From an uncultured Cytophagia bacterium (GTDB taxonomy: Bacteria > Zhuqueibacterota > Zhuqueibacteria > Oceanimicrobiales > CAZGRP01): DNA of 64,000 nucleotides. Position numbers and translations under genes: made by a program. Each line of letters opens with the position of its first letter. Within the stretch, counting starts at the first letter, position 1. The notes beneath the pieces are model-generated. The model was given only the letters and a program-made list of their open reading frames with translations. It did not search any database and had not been told where the DNA came from. The stretch covers positions 9,834 to 73,833 of the forward strand of contig CAZGRP010000003.1 of assembly GCA_964527995.1 (NCBI GenBank), in the 5' to 3' direction. This document shows, one piece after another, positions 46,791-55,768 of this stretch.

Positions 46791-47921
46791 ATGTACCTCG
46801 ACTATTGGGGACTGAAGAAGCACGCTTTCCACAACGTGCCCGATCCGAGCATGTATTTCGAGATGCACGAGACGGTGGAGAATACTGTCGCCGAAATCCT
46901 CTTCGCCATCGAGGAAGGCGATGAGTGCCTGGCTGTGGTGGTCGGGGAAGTGGGTCTCGGCAAGACCATGACCCTGCGGGTGGTGCTCGACACTCTCGAT
47001 CCAGACAAGTACAACATTGCCTTCATCACCAACCCCGATCTCACCTTCCCCCAGTTGCTGCGCGAGATTATCGGTCAGTTGACCAACCGGCCGTGCACCA
47101 TCAAGACCAAGGAGGCGCTTCTGGAGGAGTTCAACCGCCTGCTTTTTGCTTCGAGTGACGAGGGCAAGAAAGTGCTCGTCTTCATCGACGAGGGCAACGC
47201 CATCCGGCGGGTGAACCTGGAGAGCCTGCGCCTGCTGACCAACATGCAGGACGACGACCGCAATCTCTTCACCCTGATCCTTGCCGGTCAGCCGGAGCTG
47301 GCCCGCAAGCTCGAGCACCCCTCCATGGCCAACCTGTTCCAGCGCATCGGCGTCTACTGCCGACTGGAGAAGCTGAAGTCCAAGGAACTACTGCGCGACT
47401 ACGTCGAACATCGCCTGGAGCGTGCTGGAGCGCGGCGCCGGGTCTTTGCCGACGAGGCCTACGATGTGATCTGGGAATACTCTGAGCATGGCATTCCGCG
47501 GCTGGTGAACCGACTCTGCAAGCTCGCCATGAAAGCCGGTGAGACCAACCGCCTCGACCTGATCACGGGCGATGTCATCCGCCAGGTGGGGGACCGCTTC
47601 GTACGCAGGAGTGCACCGAAACCACGCCCGTCGCGCCGGGAAACTCCCTCTCCTGCTCCCCGGCCTACCCCTGTCGAAGCCGACGCAGGCATGCCTGCGA
47701 GAGTTCGAGAACGGGTATTCATGGAGCGGACGAAAGCCGTTGCGGAAAGTGCGGCAGATGGTCCGGAGACAGCTCCCAGGCTGGAGGTGGCCCCAGAGCC
47801 TGTGCGCCGCCGCGTTCTAACGGAGGAAGAAGATGAGGAGGCAGCGTCCGTCAAGAGCGTGCTCGAACGAATGAGAGAAAGACACCGACACCTGGGTTCA
47901 ATGTCCCCGTTCTTTCGTTGA
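46791..47921 (+). CDS. ExeA/GspA-like (AAA_22) ATPase with Pro/Ala-rich C-terminal tail.
   Basis: Start MYLDYWGLKKHAFHNVPD (ATG 46791). Walker A VVGEVGLGKT. ...KKVLVFIDEGN... Walker B. ...LFTLILAGQPELARKLE... ExeA family pattern. Confidence 0.8.
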   Translation: MYLDYWGLKKHAFHNVPDPSMYFEMHETVENTVAEILFAIEEGDECLAVVVGEVGLGKTMTLRVVLDTLDPDKYNIAFITNPDLTFPQLLREIIGQLTNRPCTIKTKEALLEEFNRLLFASSDEGKKVLVFIDEGNAIRRVNLESLRLLTNMQDDDRNLFTLILAGQPELARKLEHPSMANLFQRIGVYCRLEKLKSKELLRDYVEHRLERAGARRRVFADEAYDVIWEYSEHGIPRLVNRLCKLAMKAGETNRLDLITGDVIRQVGDRFVRRSAPKPRPSRRETPSPAPRPTPVEADAGMPARVRERVFMERTKAVAESAADGPETAPRLEVAPEPVRRRVLTEEEDEEAASVKSVLERMRERHRHLGSMSPFFR

Positions 47922-47948
47922 CAGTCGTTGAAGGCACCCTCCCCAAGA

Positions 47949-47984
47949 AGCCCGTCCTCGTCTCGAGGCGGGCTTTTATTTTTG
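47949..47984 (+). terminator. Rho-independent terminator after the ExeA-like gene.
   Basis: Hairpin GCCCG(T)CCTC-gtctc-GAGGCGGGC, followed by TTTTATTTTT. Confidence 0.6.
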
Positions 47985-48002
47985 GCGCGGAGCAGGGTTC
48001 CG

Positions 48003-48182
48003 TTAGAAGAGGGTATAGATGAAGGGCGCCAGGGCTGAACCCTCGATCAGAACGATGAACAAGCTCAGCAGCACCAGAAAAAGCAGCAGCGGACCCAGCC
48101 ACCATTTCTTGCGCACCTTCATGAAATGCCAGAACTCGGCGAAAACCGCAAGCCGGTCCGTGATATCTCGAATTGCACTCAT
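48003..48182 (-). CDS. DUF5989-like small membrane protein (single TM, C-terminal APFIYTLF).
   Basis: MSAIRDITDRLAVFAEFWHFMKVRKKWWLGPLLLFLVLLSLFIVLIEGSALAPFIYTLF. GAGGTGG RBS. The pattern K(V/A)RKK(W/Y)WL...GSA(V/I)APFIYTLF is DUF5989 from recollection. Confidence 0.55.
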   Translation of the reverse strand: MSAIRDITDRLAVFAEFWHFMKVRKKWWLGPLLLFLVLLSLFIVLIEGSALAPFIYTLF

Positions 48183-48224
48183 CTCTGCCACCTCGGAGTG
48201 AGTCTGTCCAGGAACCAACAGGTG

Positions 48225-50333
48225 TCACTGCTCAGCCTGCTGCAACTGCCGCCATAACGCCTTGGCGCCGCTGTGATCAGGGGCTCTCTTCAAAATGTAG
48301 CGAAGCTGCTCTTTGGCCTCTTCTTCTCTGCCGAGAAGCGCCAGGGCGCCGGCAAGGTTGTACCTCGTCTGTAAATCTTGCGGATTGGCCCGATAGGCTT
48401 TTTCCAGATAGCCATAGGCCACCTCTATCTGTCCCTTTTTCAACAGCAGGCTCCCGAGCCATTTGTGAGCGTAGACCGAGGGTTCGATAGCCAGAGAGCG
48501 GCGCAAGATCGCTTCGGCACGATCGTACTTCTTTTGCACCAGGTAGATCTCCGCCAGTCGCAGGTAGGGCGACACGTTGAGAGGGGTGCCCTTCACCAGT
48601 GCGGCGTATTCCACCGCCGCGCTGTCGAGATCTCCTTCTTTGGTGTAGTGCTCCGCCATCTTCACGTGCGCCATCTCCCACGTCATCTCATCTCGCAGGA
48701 AGGCCAGCGCCAGTTCTTGCCGGTACGAACGCGGTTTGTATTGATCGAGCGGACTGACCAGCGGATCCGGGCGGAAAGGCCATCCCGAGGTGAGCACCCT
48801 GATACGCAGGGCGGCAACCTCTTCATCCAACGGGGTGACACCGGTCTCGCTCCAGTAGACCGAGTCAGGCCGCACCCGAGCGCTGTCGCACTGCCCGGCG
48901 AGGATCTCCGAACGACAGAGCACCTCGGCGTAGGCCTTGGCCATAAGGAAATAGCCGCGCACATTGGGGTGGAGGTGTTCGAGCATCAGATTACGGCCCA
49001 CCAACCCGTGAGGTGACGCCTTTTCGAAGGTCTCCTTTACTGGTACCAGCGGCAGCCGTTCCTCGTTCGCTACCTGGGCGATGGCACGATTGAGGTCTTC
49101 GCTGGCGCGAAAGCGCAAACCGTCCAGATCCTTGGCGCGGTAGTAGGCCTGGCGGGCCTCGTCGTACCTGCCCAGCGTTTCCAGGCACTGGGCGATGCGA
49201 AAAAAGAGCTTCGCAGGTCTGGCGTCGATTTCGGTGAGGCGGCGATAGGCCGCCAGCGCCTCTTCCGCCCGGCCCGCTTTCTGCAACGCCCTGGCCGCAG
49301 CGAACCGCCGCTCCCAGTCCTGACGATCGGTGCCGGGACTGAAAAGGGATACGAAGGGGGTCTGGTCGCGAACGTTGCTGATAAGGTCGCCGAGCACGAC
49401 CGGGACGCCGTGCGAACGAGCGACGCGAACGACATCGCGCAGGTTGTCGCGAAAGATCGATACGGCCCGGCGGTACTTGGCCGAATCGATGTCGATCTCC
49501 TTGTCGTACGCCATGCCCTCCATCAGGGTGCGATGCCTGGCCAGGTCCCGGCTCCTCACCGACGAAAGCGTTGCCTTCACCCAGCCGATGAGGTCACGCA
49601 GGAGCAGAAAAAGCTTGTAGCGCTCCAGTTTGAGATAGAGGTTGACCAGCCCGCGGAACTGGCCGAGCGACTCGGTCGAGCCGACACCGAGCGCTCCGTA
49701 GAATTCGTTGTGGCCGGCATAGATGAGCAGCACGTCGGGCTGGTAGCGCATGATTTCATCGGTCAGGTCCAGGACGGTGTAGGAATTCACCGCCGGCATG
49801 GCCACATTCACGACCTCGACCGTGCGGTTGGGAAGAGCATCGCGCAGGCGGTCGGCCAGCATTCGCGAAAACGCTCCGTTGTACAGGTAGGGATAGCCGG
49901 CTGCCGTGGAGCCACCGAGCACAAAGACGCGGAACCCGTTGGCTGGTTTCCTCTTGAGAAAGGCGTCATAGGACGTCGCCGGAGTGACATCGCGCACGAA
50001 GAAATACCTCCTGCCGACGGCGCGATTCACCATCCAATAGTCTTTGTTGAAGTAGCTCTGCACGAACAGCTCGAGCGAACCGCCATAGTTTGCCAACCGC
50101 AGGCCGACCTCGATTGCCAGGAGGAAGACCACCGGAAGCAGCAGGAGGATTCCGCGGAAGATCGCCTCACGCCGGCGCTTGCGGCGACGACGGAGTTCTC
50201 CGATATAGCGCCGCACCTTCTCACTGTCCGCCTTCAGCTCGCGCGCCATATGACCGGCAGATTCATGCTTCCAGTGGCGTTCGATGTAACGGCGCTGTCG
50301 CTCTGTCAGGTTCTTCTTGGAGGTGACCTTCAT
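48225..50333 (-). CDS. Membrane-anchored protein with N-terminal cytoplasmic basic region, one TM, SGNH/GDSL-hydrolase-like domain and C-terminal TPR repeats.
   Basis: TM AIFRGILLLLPVVFLLAIEVGL. GDSL-like block FRVFVLGGSTAAGYPY. ...LLIYAGHNEF... (no canonical DxxH). C-terminal TPR helices (ALAAYRRLTEIDARPAK..., EAKEQLRYILKRAPDHSGA). Confidence 0.55.
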   Translation of the reverse strand: MKVTSKKNLTERQRRYIERHWKHESAGHMARELKADSEKVRRYIGELRRRRKRRREAIFRGILLLLPVVFLLAIEVGLRLANYGGSLELFVQSYFNKDYWMVNRAVGRRYFFVRDVTPATSYDAFLKRKPANGFRVFVLGGSTAAGYPYLYNGAFSRMLADRLRDALPNRTVEVVNVAMPAVNSYTVLDLTDEIMRYQPDVLLIYAGHNEFYGALGVGSTESLGQFRGLVNLYLKLERYKLFLLLRDLIGWVKATLSSVRSRDLARHRTLMEGMAYDKEIDIDSAKYRRAVSIFRDNLRDVVRVARSHGVPVVLGDLISNVRDQTPFVSLFSPGTDRQDWERRFAAARALQKAGRAEEALAAYRRLTEIDARPAKLFFRIAQCLETLGRYDEARQAYYRAKDLDGLRFRASEDLNRAIAQVANEERLPLVPVKETFEKASPHGLVGRNLMLEHLHPNVRGYFLMAKAYAEVLCRSEILAGQCDSARVRPDSVYWSETGVTPLDEEVAALRIRVLTSGWPFRPDPLVSPLDQYKPRSYRQELALAFLRDEMTWEMAHVKMAEHYTKEGDLDSAAVEYAALVKGTPLNVSPYLRLAEIYLVQKKYDRAEAILRRSLAIEPSVYAHKWLGSLLLKKGQIEVAYGYLEKAYRANPQDLQTRYNLAGALALLGREEEAKEQLRYILKRAPDHSGAKALWRQLQQAEQ

Positions 50334-50340
50334 CGTCCCG

Positions 50341-52164
50341 CTACTTCAAGAAAAGAAGCGGCCGTTGAGCCGAAAAGCCATCGGCCGTCATGCGAACGAA
50401 GTAGATGCCGGCGCTGACGATCTCCCCACGGTCGTTCCGGCCGTCCCAGACGATCTCGTGGCGACCCGGTGGATAGGTTCCTTCCACCAGCCGGCGCACA
50501 CGTCGTCCGCGGAGATCGAAGATGGAGACTCGCAGGCGCGACGCCCGGGCTCCAGCTACGGCAAAGGGCACGTGGATGCCGTTGCCGCCGGCAGCGCCCA
50601 ACCCCGAAGAGGTCGCCCGCCGCGTCGACGAGAAAGGGTTGGGATAGCTGGCGTACAGGGTGTACCTCTGCGGTTGCTTTGAATTGTGTGCCGGGACCCC
50701 GGTGACGATCCCGCCCCCTTCGATGATGCTCAGCCGCCGATCCGCCGCCAGGTCGGTGAAGCGCTCGACAGTCCCGCTGGGCCAGCGGATTTCCAGGGTG
50801 TCAACCACGTCGGCCGCCCCCAACCCGAAGTGCTGCGTCAGGCTGCTCTGCGACACGTAGCCTCCCCCGGCTTTGACCTCGGAGATCTGCACCTTGCTAC
50901 CGGTCACGAGACGCAGCCTTGCCCCGATGGCTGAGCGATTGCTGCGAACACCCTGGAGGTGGATCTGGAGCCAGTGGTTGCGACCGCCGACCATGTTGAT
51001 GTAAAGGTGATTGGGCTGCTGGCTATTGGTCACGTAAAGGTCCACAGCCCCGTCGAGATTGACGTCGGCGGTGGCACAGCCGTAGCTTCCGGCGAGGCTG
51101 GCCGTGCCGCCTCCGTCTGGGACTTTCTCGAAAGTGCCGTTCCCAAGATTGTGGTACAGCACGTTGGCAAAGGACGGGGTCGAGTAGCCACTCTCGTTGG
51201 CCACGTACAGATCGAGCCAGCCGTCGTTGTCGTAGTCCCACCAGGCCAGCCCCCACCCCATGCCGCCATCACCGGTTTGGGAGTCTTGCACAAGCTCAAA
51301 ACTACCATCGCCACGACTGCGGTAGAGCAGGTTGGCGCCCAGCAATGTGATGTAGAGGTCGAAGTGGCCGTCGCGGTCGTAGTCTCCAAAGCCGACGCCC
51401 ATGGCTTGCGGGGCATAGCCCACGGCGGCTCTGCGAGTTGCATTGACGAAGTGACCGGCGCCATCATTCTCCAGCAGGACGTTGCCCTCGCTGCCGTCAT
51501 GGCTGAGGAGGAGGTCCTGGTCACCATCGTTGTCGTAGTCGCAAAACTCGATCCCCATCGCCAGGCCGCGATGGCCGGCGCCGCTCTCATCCGTAGCATC
51601 TCGAAACGTGCCGTCGCCGTTGTTGACGAAGAGCACGTTGCCCTGCTGGAAATTGGCCACGTAGAGATCGAGCCAACCGTCGCTGTCCACATCGGCGGCC
51701 GCTACGGCCATGGCATCGCGGAAGTCGCCGGTGCCGGTGCTCGTCGTCTCCTCGACAAAGGTGCCGTCTCCCTGATTTCGGAAGAACTGGTTGCGACCGA
51801 TGTTGGCGATGTAAAGATCGAGCCAGCCGTCGTTGTCGAAATCGCCCCAGACAGCGGCAACGGGCGTGCCGACATAGGCCAGCCCCGCCGCCAGGGTCAC
51901 TTCTTCGAAGGTGCCGTCGCCACGGTTCTGGAACAGCGCCACCGAGCGATCGACCCGGCAGACAAGAAGATCATCGTCGCCGTCAGCGTCATAATCTCCG
52001 AACGCCACGCCTCGCCCGCGTCCCAGCGCGGTGACTCCCGCCTGGTCTGCTTGATCCTGGAAAAGGAGTTGCTGTGCCGGTAACGGCCCCGCTGAGAGCT
52101 GCAGAGCCGCCAGCGCCACAGCCGCAGCAAGCCCCTTCCCCAACCTGCGTCGTTGACTGCACAT
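50341..52164 (-). CDS. CRTAC1-family FG-GAP/VCBS repeat protein with ASPIC/UnbV domain and Por-type (T9SS) C-terminal sorting domain.
   Basis: Signal peptide. Repeated ...GDYDNDGWLDLYVAN... FG-GAP units. ASPIC ...NRSAIGARLRLVTGSKVQISEVKAGGGYVSQSSLTQHFGLG.... C-terminal sorting domain ...YPNPFSS...LRVSIFDLRGRRVRRLVEGTYPPGRHEIVWDGRNDRGEIVSAGIYFVRMTADGFSAQRPLLFLK. Confidence 0.8.
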   Translation of the reverse strand: MCSQRRRLGKGLAAAVALAALQLSAGPLPAQQLLFQDQADQAGVTALGRGRGVAFGDYDADGDDDLLVCRVDRSVALFQNRGDGTFEEVTLAAGLAYVGTPVAAVWGDFDNDGWLDLYIANIGRNQFFRNQGDGTFVEETTSTGTGDFRDAMAVAAADVDSDGWLDLYVANFQQGNVLFVNNGDGTFRDATDESGAGHRGLAMGIEFCDYDNDGDQDLLLSHDGSEGNVLLENDGAGHFVNATRRAAVGYAPQAMGVGFGDYDRDGHFDLYITLLGANLLYRSRGDGSFELVQDSQTGDGGMGWGLAWWDYDNDGWLDLYVANESGYSTPSFANVLYHNLGNGTFEKVPDGGGTASLAGSYGCATADVNLDGAVDLYVTNSQQPNHLYINMVGGRNHWLQIHLQGVRSNRSAIGARLRLVTGSKVQISEVKAGGGYVSQSSLTQHFGLGAADVVDTLEIRWPSGTVERFTDLAADRRLSIIEGGGIVTGVPAHNSKQPQRYTLYASYPNPFSSTRRATSSGLGAAGGNGIHVPFAVAGARASRLRVSIFDLRGRRVRRLVEGTYPPGRHEIVWDGRNDRGEIVSAGIYFVRMTADGFSAQRPLLFLK

Positions 52165-52267
52165 GGTCCTCCCCTCGAACGTCAGGTGACGAAACGAGTA
52201 CAGGGCTGGGGCACGCGACGTGGCGTCTCCCAGCCCTGCTCAGTTGCAATCAGGCGCTCCTCCGACT

Positions 52268-54547
52268 CTACTTCAGGAAAAGCAGCCGCTTGGTCAGAAC
52301 CACCGACCCAGCCTTGAGGCGATAGTAGTAGATGCCGCTGGACACCAGCCGTCCGGCGACATTCCGGCCGTCCCACTCGACGCGGTACTTGCCGGCCGTG
52401 GCCAGGTTCTTGTCCACCAGAGTGGCCACCCTTTGGCCGAGCAGGTTGAATACCTCGAGCTTCACCGGACCCTGGCGGGGCACGTCGAACTCGATGGTCG
52501 TCGACGGGTTAAAGGGGTTCGGGTAGTTCTGATGTAGCACATATCTCTCCGGAACCGTCCTGCTCTTCACTCGCTCCACCGAGGTGAGCGGCGTGAACGG
52601 CGGGTCTTCGACGACGTGCGGCCCACCCTTGGTGAAGACATCCGTGGCAAAGGTGAACTGACGCGGGAAGCTGTTGGGGATTGGGTTGCCGTTGTCGTCG
52701 GTGTTCGGCTGGATGTAGCGCACGCGATGCCGGCCCAGCTTGGTTCCCAGACCGCCCGCCTCGGACTCGCCACGCGTCCAGGTGACGTAGTGGACATTGT
52801 AGGTGGCGGGACCGATGATGTCGAAGGTCACCGAATAGATCTGATCGTTATCCAGGTCGGTGTACTCCTTGCTGCTGTCGGGCCCGTTGAACGGACTGCC
52901 CTGCAGCATCGTGAAGATCGGGATGCGGTTTTCCCAGTACAGGTGATCGACCGCGGGATCGAAATCGCCGTTGTTAATCGCCTGGCTCATGTCGATGTTG
53001 AAGGTGACCGTCACCGTGTCGCCCGCGTTGATGACGCCCGCCGGTGGAATGTCGTCGAAGAAGCGCGGCGGCACCACCTGATCTCCACCATGAAAGACGA
53101 CCGGTCGGTCCCCGCCGCCGCGGGTCGCCGGCTCCTCCCATCCCCAGCCTGGGTCGAAGCTTCCCGACTTGGACATGTTGGCGTAGAAGGCACTGTCCTC
53201 GTAGTCGATGAAGAACTTGTAGAACAGATTGTCGCCGGTGAGGCCATCGTACGGGATGCTGATGAAGTAGGTCTCCGTGCCGGGGATTCGATCCAGCAGC
53301 GCCAGAGCACGGTTGGCTGAGCTCCAGCCGTTGAAGGTCCCGCGGACGTGTACGCTGTCGTTGGCATCACGGCGGAAGAGGCCGAGCTGCTCCAGCACCG
53401 TCATGTCGACCTGGAACAGCAGGTTGCCGGTGGCCGGGAGGCTAACAACATCGTCATCATCGAAAAAGACGACGGCAAGCACTGTGTCCTGGTCCGGTTG
53501 AAGCAGCGTACGGTTGCCCGGTATGTTGTCTTCCCAGACATCATCCTTGCCCACGGGGTGCATCAGATACTTGTACTCGTGTTTGGTGACGCCGGGCACA
53601 CCCTGCAGGGCCAGCATCGCGCTGTAGATGCTGTCACCATCGGCGTCCTTGAGCGTATCGGCGGGTGGGTTCTGCCAGTTGTTGAAGCTGCCGGCCACCT
53701 CCACCCAGTCCCCGCCGCTCGGATCGAACACACCCTCAAGGATCTTGACCCTCATGTCCACCTGGAAGGTGACGTTGACGGTCTGGCCGGCAATGCCGGC
53801 ATCGTTGTCGAAGAACACCGTATCGAGGGTCATCGGCGCGAACGGCTGCACAAACGAACGGTTCGACTTGCCGACGCCGACATCCCCTTCCCAGATGTCG
53901 CCCGAGGAGGTCCTCATCAGGTACTTGTACTCATGCTCGGTGACTCCTGGATTTCCTAGCACCGACAGGGTGGCGCCGTAGATGCTGTCACCGTTGACAT
54001 CGGTCAGCGTGTCATTCGGCGGATTCTGCCAGTTGTTGAAGCTGCCGGCCACCTCGACGATGTCGTCGGCCGTCGGATTGAAGACGCCTTTTCGCATCTG
54101 CACGCGCATGTCGACCGCAAAGGTGACATCCACGAACGACGGCCCGGGCACATCGAAAGTGGCCACGAGCAGCGTGGTGTCGGCCGCCGGCTGCGGCAGC
54201 TTCCGGTTGCTGCCGCCGTCGCTGCCGACATTTCCTTCCCACACATCTCCCGACGTCGTACGCAGCAGGTACTTGTACTCGTGCACCGTCGATCCCACGT
54301 CGCCGGTGAGTGCGAAGGTCCCCGTATAGATGCTGTCGCTGTCGGCATCCTTCAGCGTGTCTCCGGGCGGATTCTGCCAGTTGTTCCAGCTTCCCGCCAC
54401 CTCGGCGAAATCTGTCGCCGGATTGAAGGTGCCGTCCAGGATCTTGGCCCGCAGATCGACCTGGAACGTGACGTTCACGGTCGTCTGCGCGTAGCCGAAT
54501 CCGGCCAGCAGCAGCACCCATACTGCTCCGAAACCAAATCTCCTCAT
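52268..54547 (-). CDS. Secreted protein with four tandem CBM20-like (starch-binding-type) domains and a Por-type (T9SS) C-terminal sorting domain. No catalytic domain recognised.
   Basis: Four ~110-aa repeats of pattern VTFQVDMRxxx...VAGSFNNWQNPP.DTL.D.dGDSIY...L.g..G...EYKYL.....gd.WE.d...NR. C-terminal sorting domain ...YPNPFNPSTTIEFDVPRQGPVKLEVFNLLGQRVATLVD...GKYRVEWDGRNVAGRLVSSGIYYYRLKAGSVVLTKRLLFLK. Confidence 0.7.
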   Translation of the reverse strand: MRRFGFGAVWVLLLAGFGYAQTTVNVTFQVDLRAKILDGTFNPATDFAEVAGSWNNWQNPPGDTLKDADSDSIYTGTFALTGDVGSTVHEYKYLLRTTSGDVWEGNVGSDGGSNRKLPQPAADTTLLVATFDVPGPSFVDVTFAVDMRVQMRKGVFNPTADDIVEVAGSFNNWQNPPNDTLTDVNGDSIYGATLSVLGNPGVTEHEYKYLMRTSSGDIWEGDVGVGKSNRSFVQPFAPMTLDTVFFDNDAGIAGQTVNVTFQVDMRVKILEGVFDPSGGDWVEVAGSFNNWQNPPADTLKDADGDSIYSAMLALQGVPGVTKHEYKYLMHPVGKDDVWEDNIPGNRTLLQPDQDTVLAVVFFDDDDVVSLPATGNLLFQVDMTVLEQLGLFRRDANDSVHVRGTFNGWSSANRALALLDRIPGTETYFISIPYDGLTGDNLFYKFFIDYEDSAFYANMSKSGSFDPGWGWEEPATRGGGDRPVVFHGGDQVVPPRFFDDIPPAGVINAGDTVTVTFNIDMSQAINNGDFDPAVDHLYWENRIPIFTMLQGSPFNGPDSSKEYTDLDNDQIYSVTFDIIGPATYNVHYVTWTRGESEAGGLGTKLGRHRVRYIQPNTDDNGNPIPNSFPRQFTFATDVFTKGGPHVVEDPPFTPLTSVERVKSRTVPERYVLHQNYPNPFNPSTTIEFDVPRQGPVKLEVFNLLGQRVATLVDKNLATAGKYRVEWDGRNVAGRLVSSGIYYYRLKAGSVVLTKRLLFLK
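53070..54485. repeat. Four tandem ~330-350-bp coding repeats (CBM20-like modules) inside the 52268..54547 gene.
   Basis: Antisense artefact ORFs 53628..53981 and 53982..54329 translate to near-identical peptides (MLSP.AS.SVS.GGFCQLLKLPATST...). This shows a DNA-level tandem duplication with ~354-bp period. Confidence 0.7.
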
Positions 54548-54695
54548 AGGAAAGCCTCCTCAATGATTTGTCGCAACTCCTGTCACTTGCACGTGTGTCA
54601 CGCCGCGACTTTGTTCACATCACCTCCTTTCCAGGTAGGCCGGTTCCTTCTCCGCCCGCAGCCAGCAGACAGCCTTCCCCAGACCTCGGGCTCCG

Positions 54696-55730
54696 CTAGA
54701 ACTTGATGGCCAGCGAGAACTTGTGCACATTGCTCAAGCGATCGAACTGCTCGAAAGCATAGTCCAGGGCGATGTTGTAGCCGCGCACGAGGTCGTAGTT
54801 GACTCCCGCCCCGAGGGTCAGGCGTTCCTCGCTGTCGCGCAGATACAGGGCCCTATATCCGGCCCGCAAGAACACCACCTCGCCGAACAGGGCATACTCG
54901 CCACCGATGCTAATGTACTCGGTGTTGTCGTTGGGATGTGCACCATCCACCGCCAAAGTCAACCGATTGCTGCCGTTGATACGCAGGTCGTAGGAAATAC
55001 CGATGCGCAAGAGAAGCGGCAGGTCGAACTTGTCGGTGGCCAGAAAAGCGTTGACCGTCTCATTGTTGCCGGATATATTCTCGTCGATGTCCTTCTGCAC
55101 CAGAAGGTCTTCGCCCTGAATGTGCATCTTGCTGCCGAAGTTGCTGATGCTGGCGCCCAGCCGGATCCCCTTGAAAGGCGTGTTGAAGAGGGTGCCGATA
55201 TCGACGGCGATGCCCTTGGCGCTCGAGTTCCAGATATTTTCAACGATGTACTTCACGTTCGCCCCGATGGAAAACCGGTCGGTCAGGTTGCGGGCATAGG
55301 CGAAGCCGACCGCGAAGCTCTCGGCCGAGAAGGTCAACCCGGTACCCTCAGGATTCAACTCGTTGGTTATCTCCATGTCCGGCATGGTCATGGCGGTGAG
55401 ATTGATCCCTGCGGCCCCGAGGTTTCCCAGAGGCATCACCAGTGCCAGGTAATCGAAGCTGATCCCTGCGAGCCACTGCGAGTGGCTGACGTAGAGCTGC
55501 CGGTTGTCGAGCCGGGCGATCCCAGACGGATTCCAGTACATGGCCGTCGCATCGGTAGCAATGGACACATAGGCGCCGCCCATACCCAGGGCCCGCGGCC
55601 CCACCTGGATGCTGAGGAACTTCGCCGCCGTGGTGCCCACCTTGGTAACCTCCTGCGCGGCCGACGGAGCCGCCCGCAAGATGACAGCCATCAAGAGCAC
55701 CCCAAGGGGTAAGAAAGTACGTCTCACCAT
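54696..55730 (-). CDS. porV: PorV/PorQ-family T9SS outer-membrane channel-like protein (FadL-like beta-barrel).
   Basis: Start MVRRTFLPLGVLLMAVILRAAPSAAQE (ATG 55730). N-terminal family motif GTTAAKFLSIQVGPRALGMGGAYVSIATDATAMYWNPSGIARL. Aromatic C-terminal residue (...LAIKF). Flanked by genes carrying C-terminal sorting domains. Confidence 0.65.
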   Translation of the reverse strand: MVRRTFLPLGVLLMAVILRAAPSAAQEVTKVGTTAAKFLSIQVGPRALGMGGAYVSIATDATAMYWNPSGIARLDNRQLYVSHSQWLAGISFDYLALVMPLGNLGAAGINLTAMTMPDMEITNELNPEGTGLTFSAESFAVGFAYARNLTDRFSIGANVKYIVENIWNSSAKGIAVDIGTLFNTPFKGIRLGASISNFGSKMHIQGEDLLVQKDIDENISGNNETVNAFLATDKFDLPLLLRIGISYDLRINGSNRLTLAVDGAHPNDNTEYISIGGEYALFGEVVFLRAGYRALYLRDSEERLTLGAGVNYDLVRGYNIALDYAFEQFDRLSNVHKFSLAIKF

Positions 55731-55768
55731 CAAGCTCCATGAAATAAAGTGCGTTGGCGTTCGCCCGT

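Noticed and set aside
47888-47910. tRNA T-arm-like string GGGTTCAATGTCCCC.
   Set aside because: It lies inside the ExeA-like CDS. No acceptor or anticodon stems could be built. Other GTTCGA/GTTCAA hits (13361, 18465, 20035) also fail to fold into cloverleaves.
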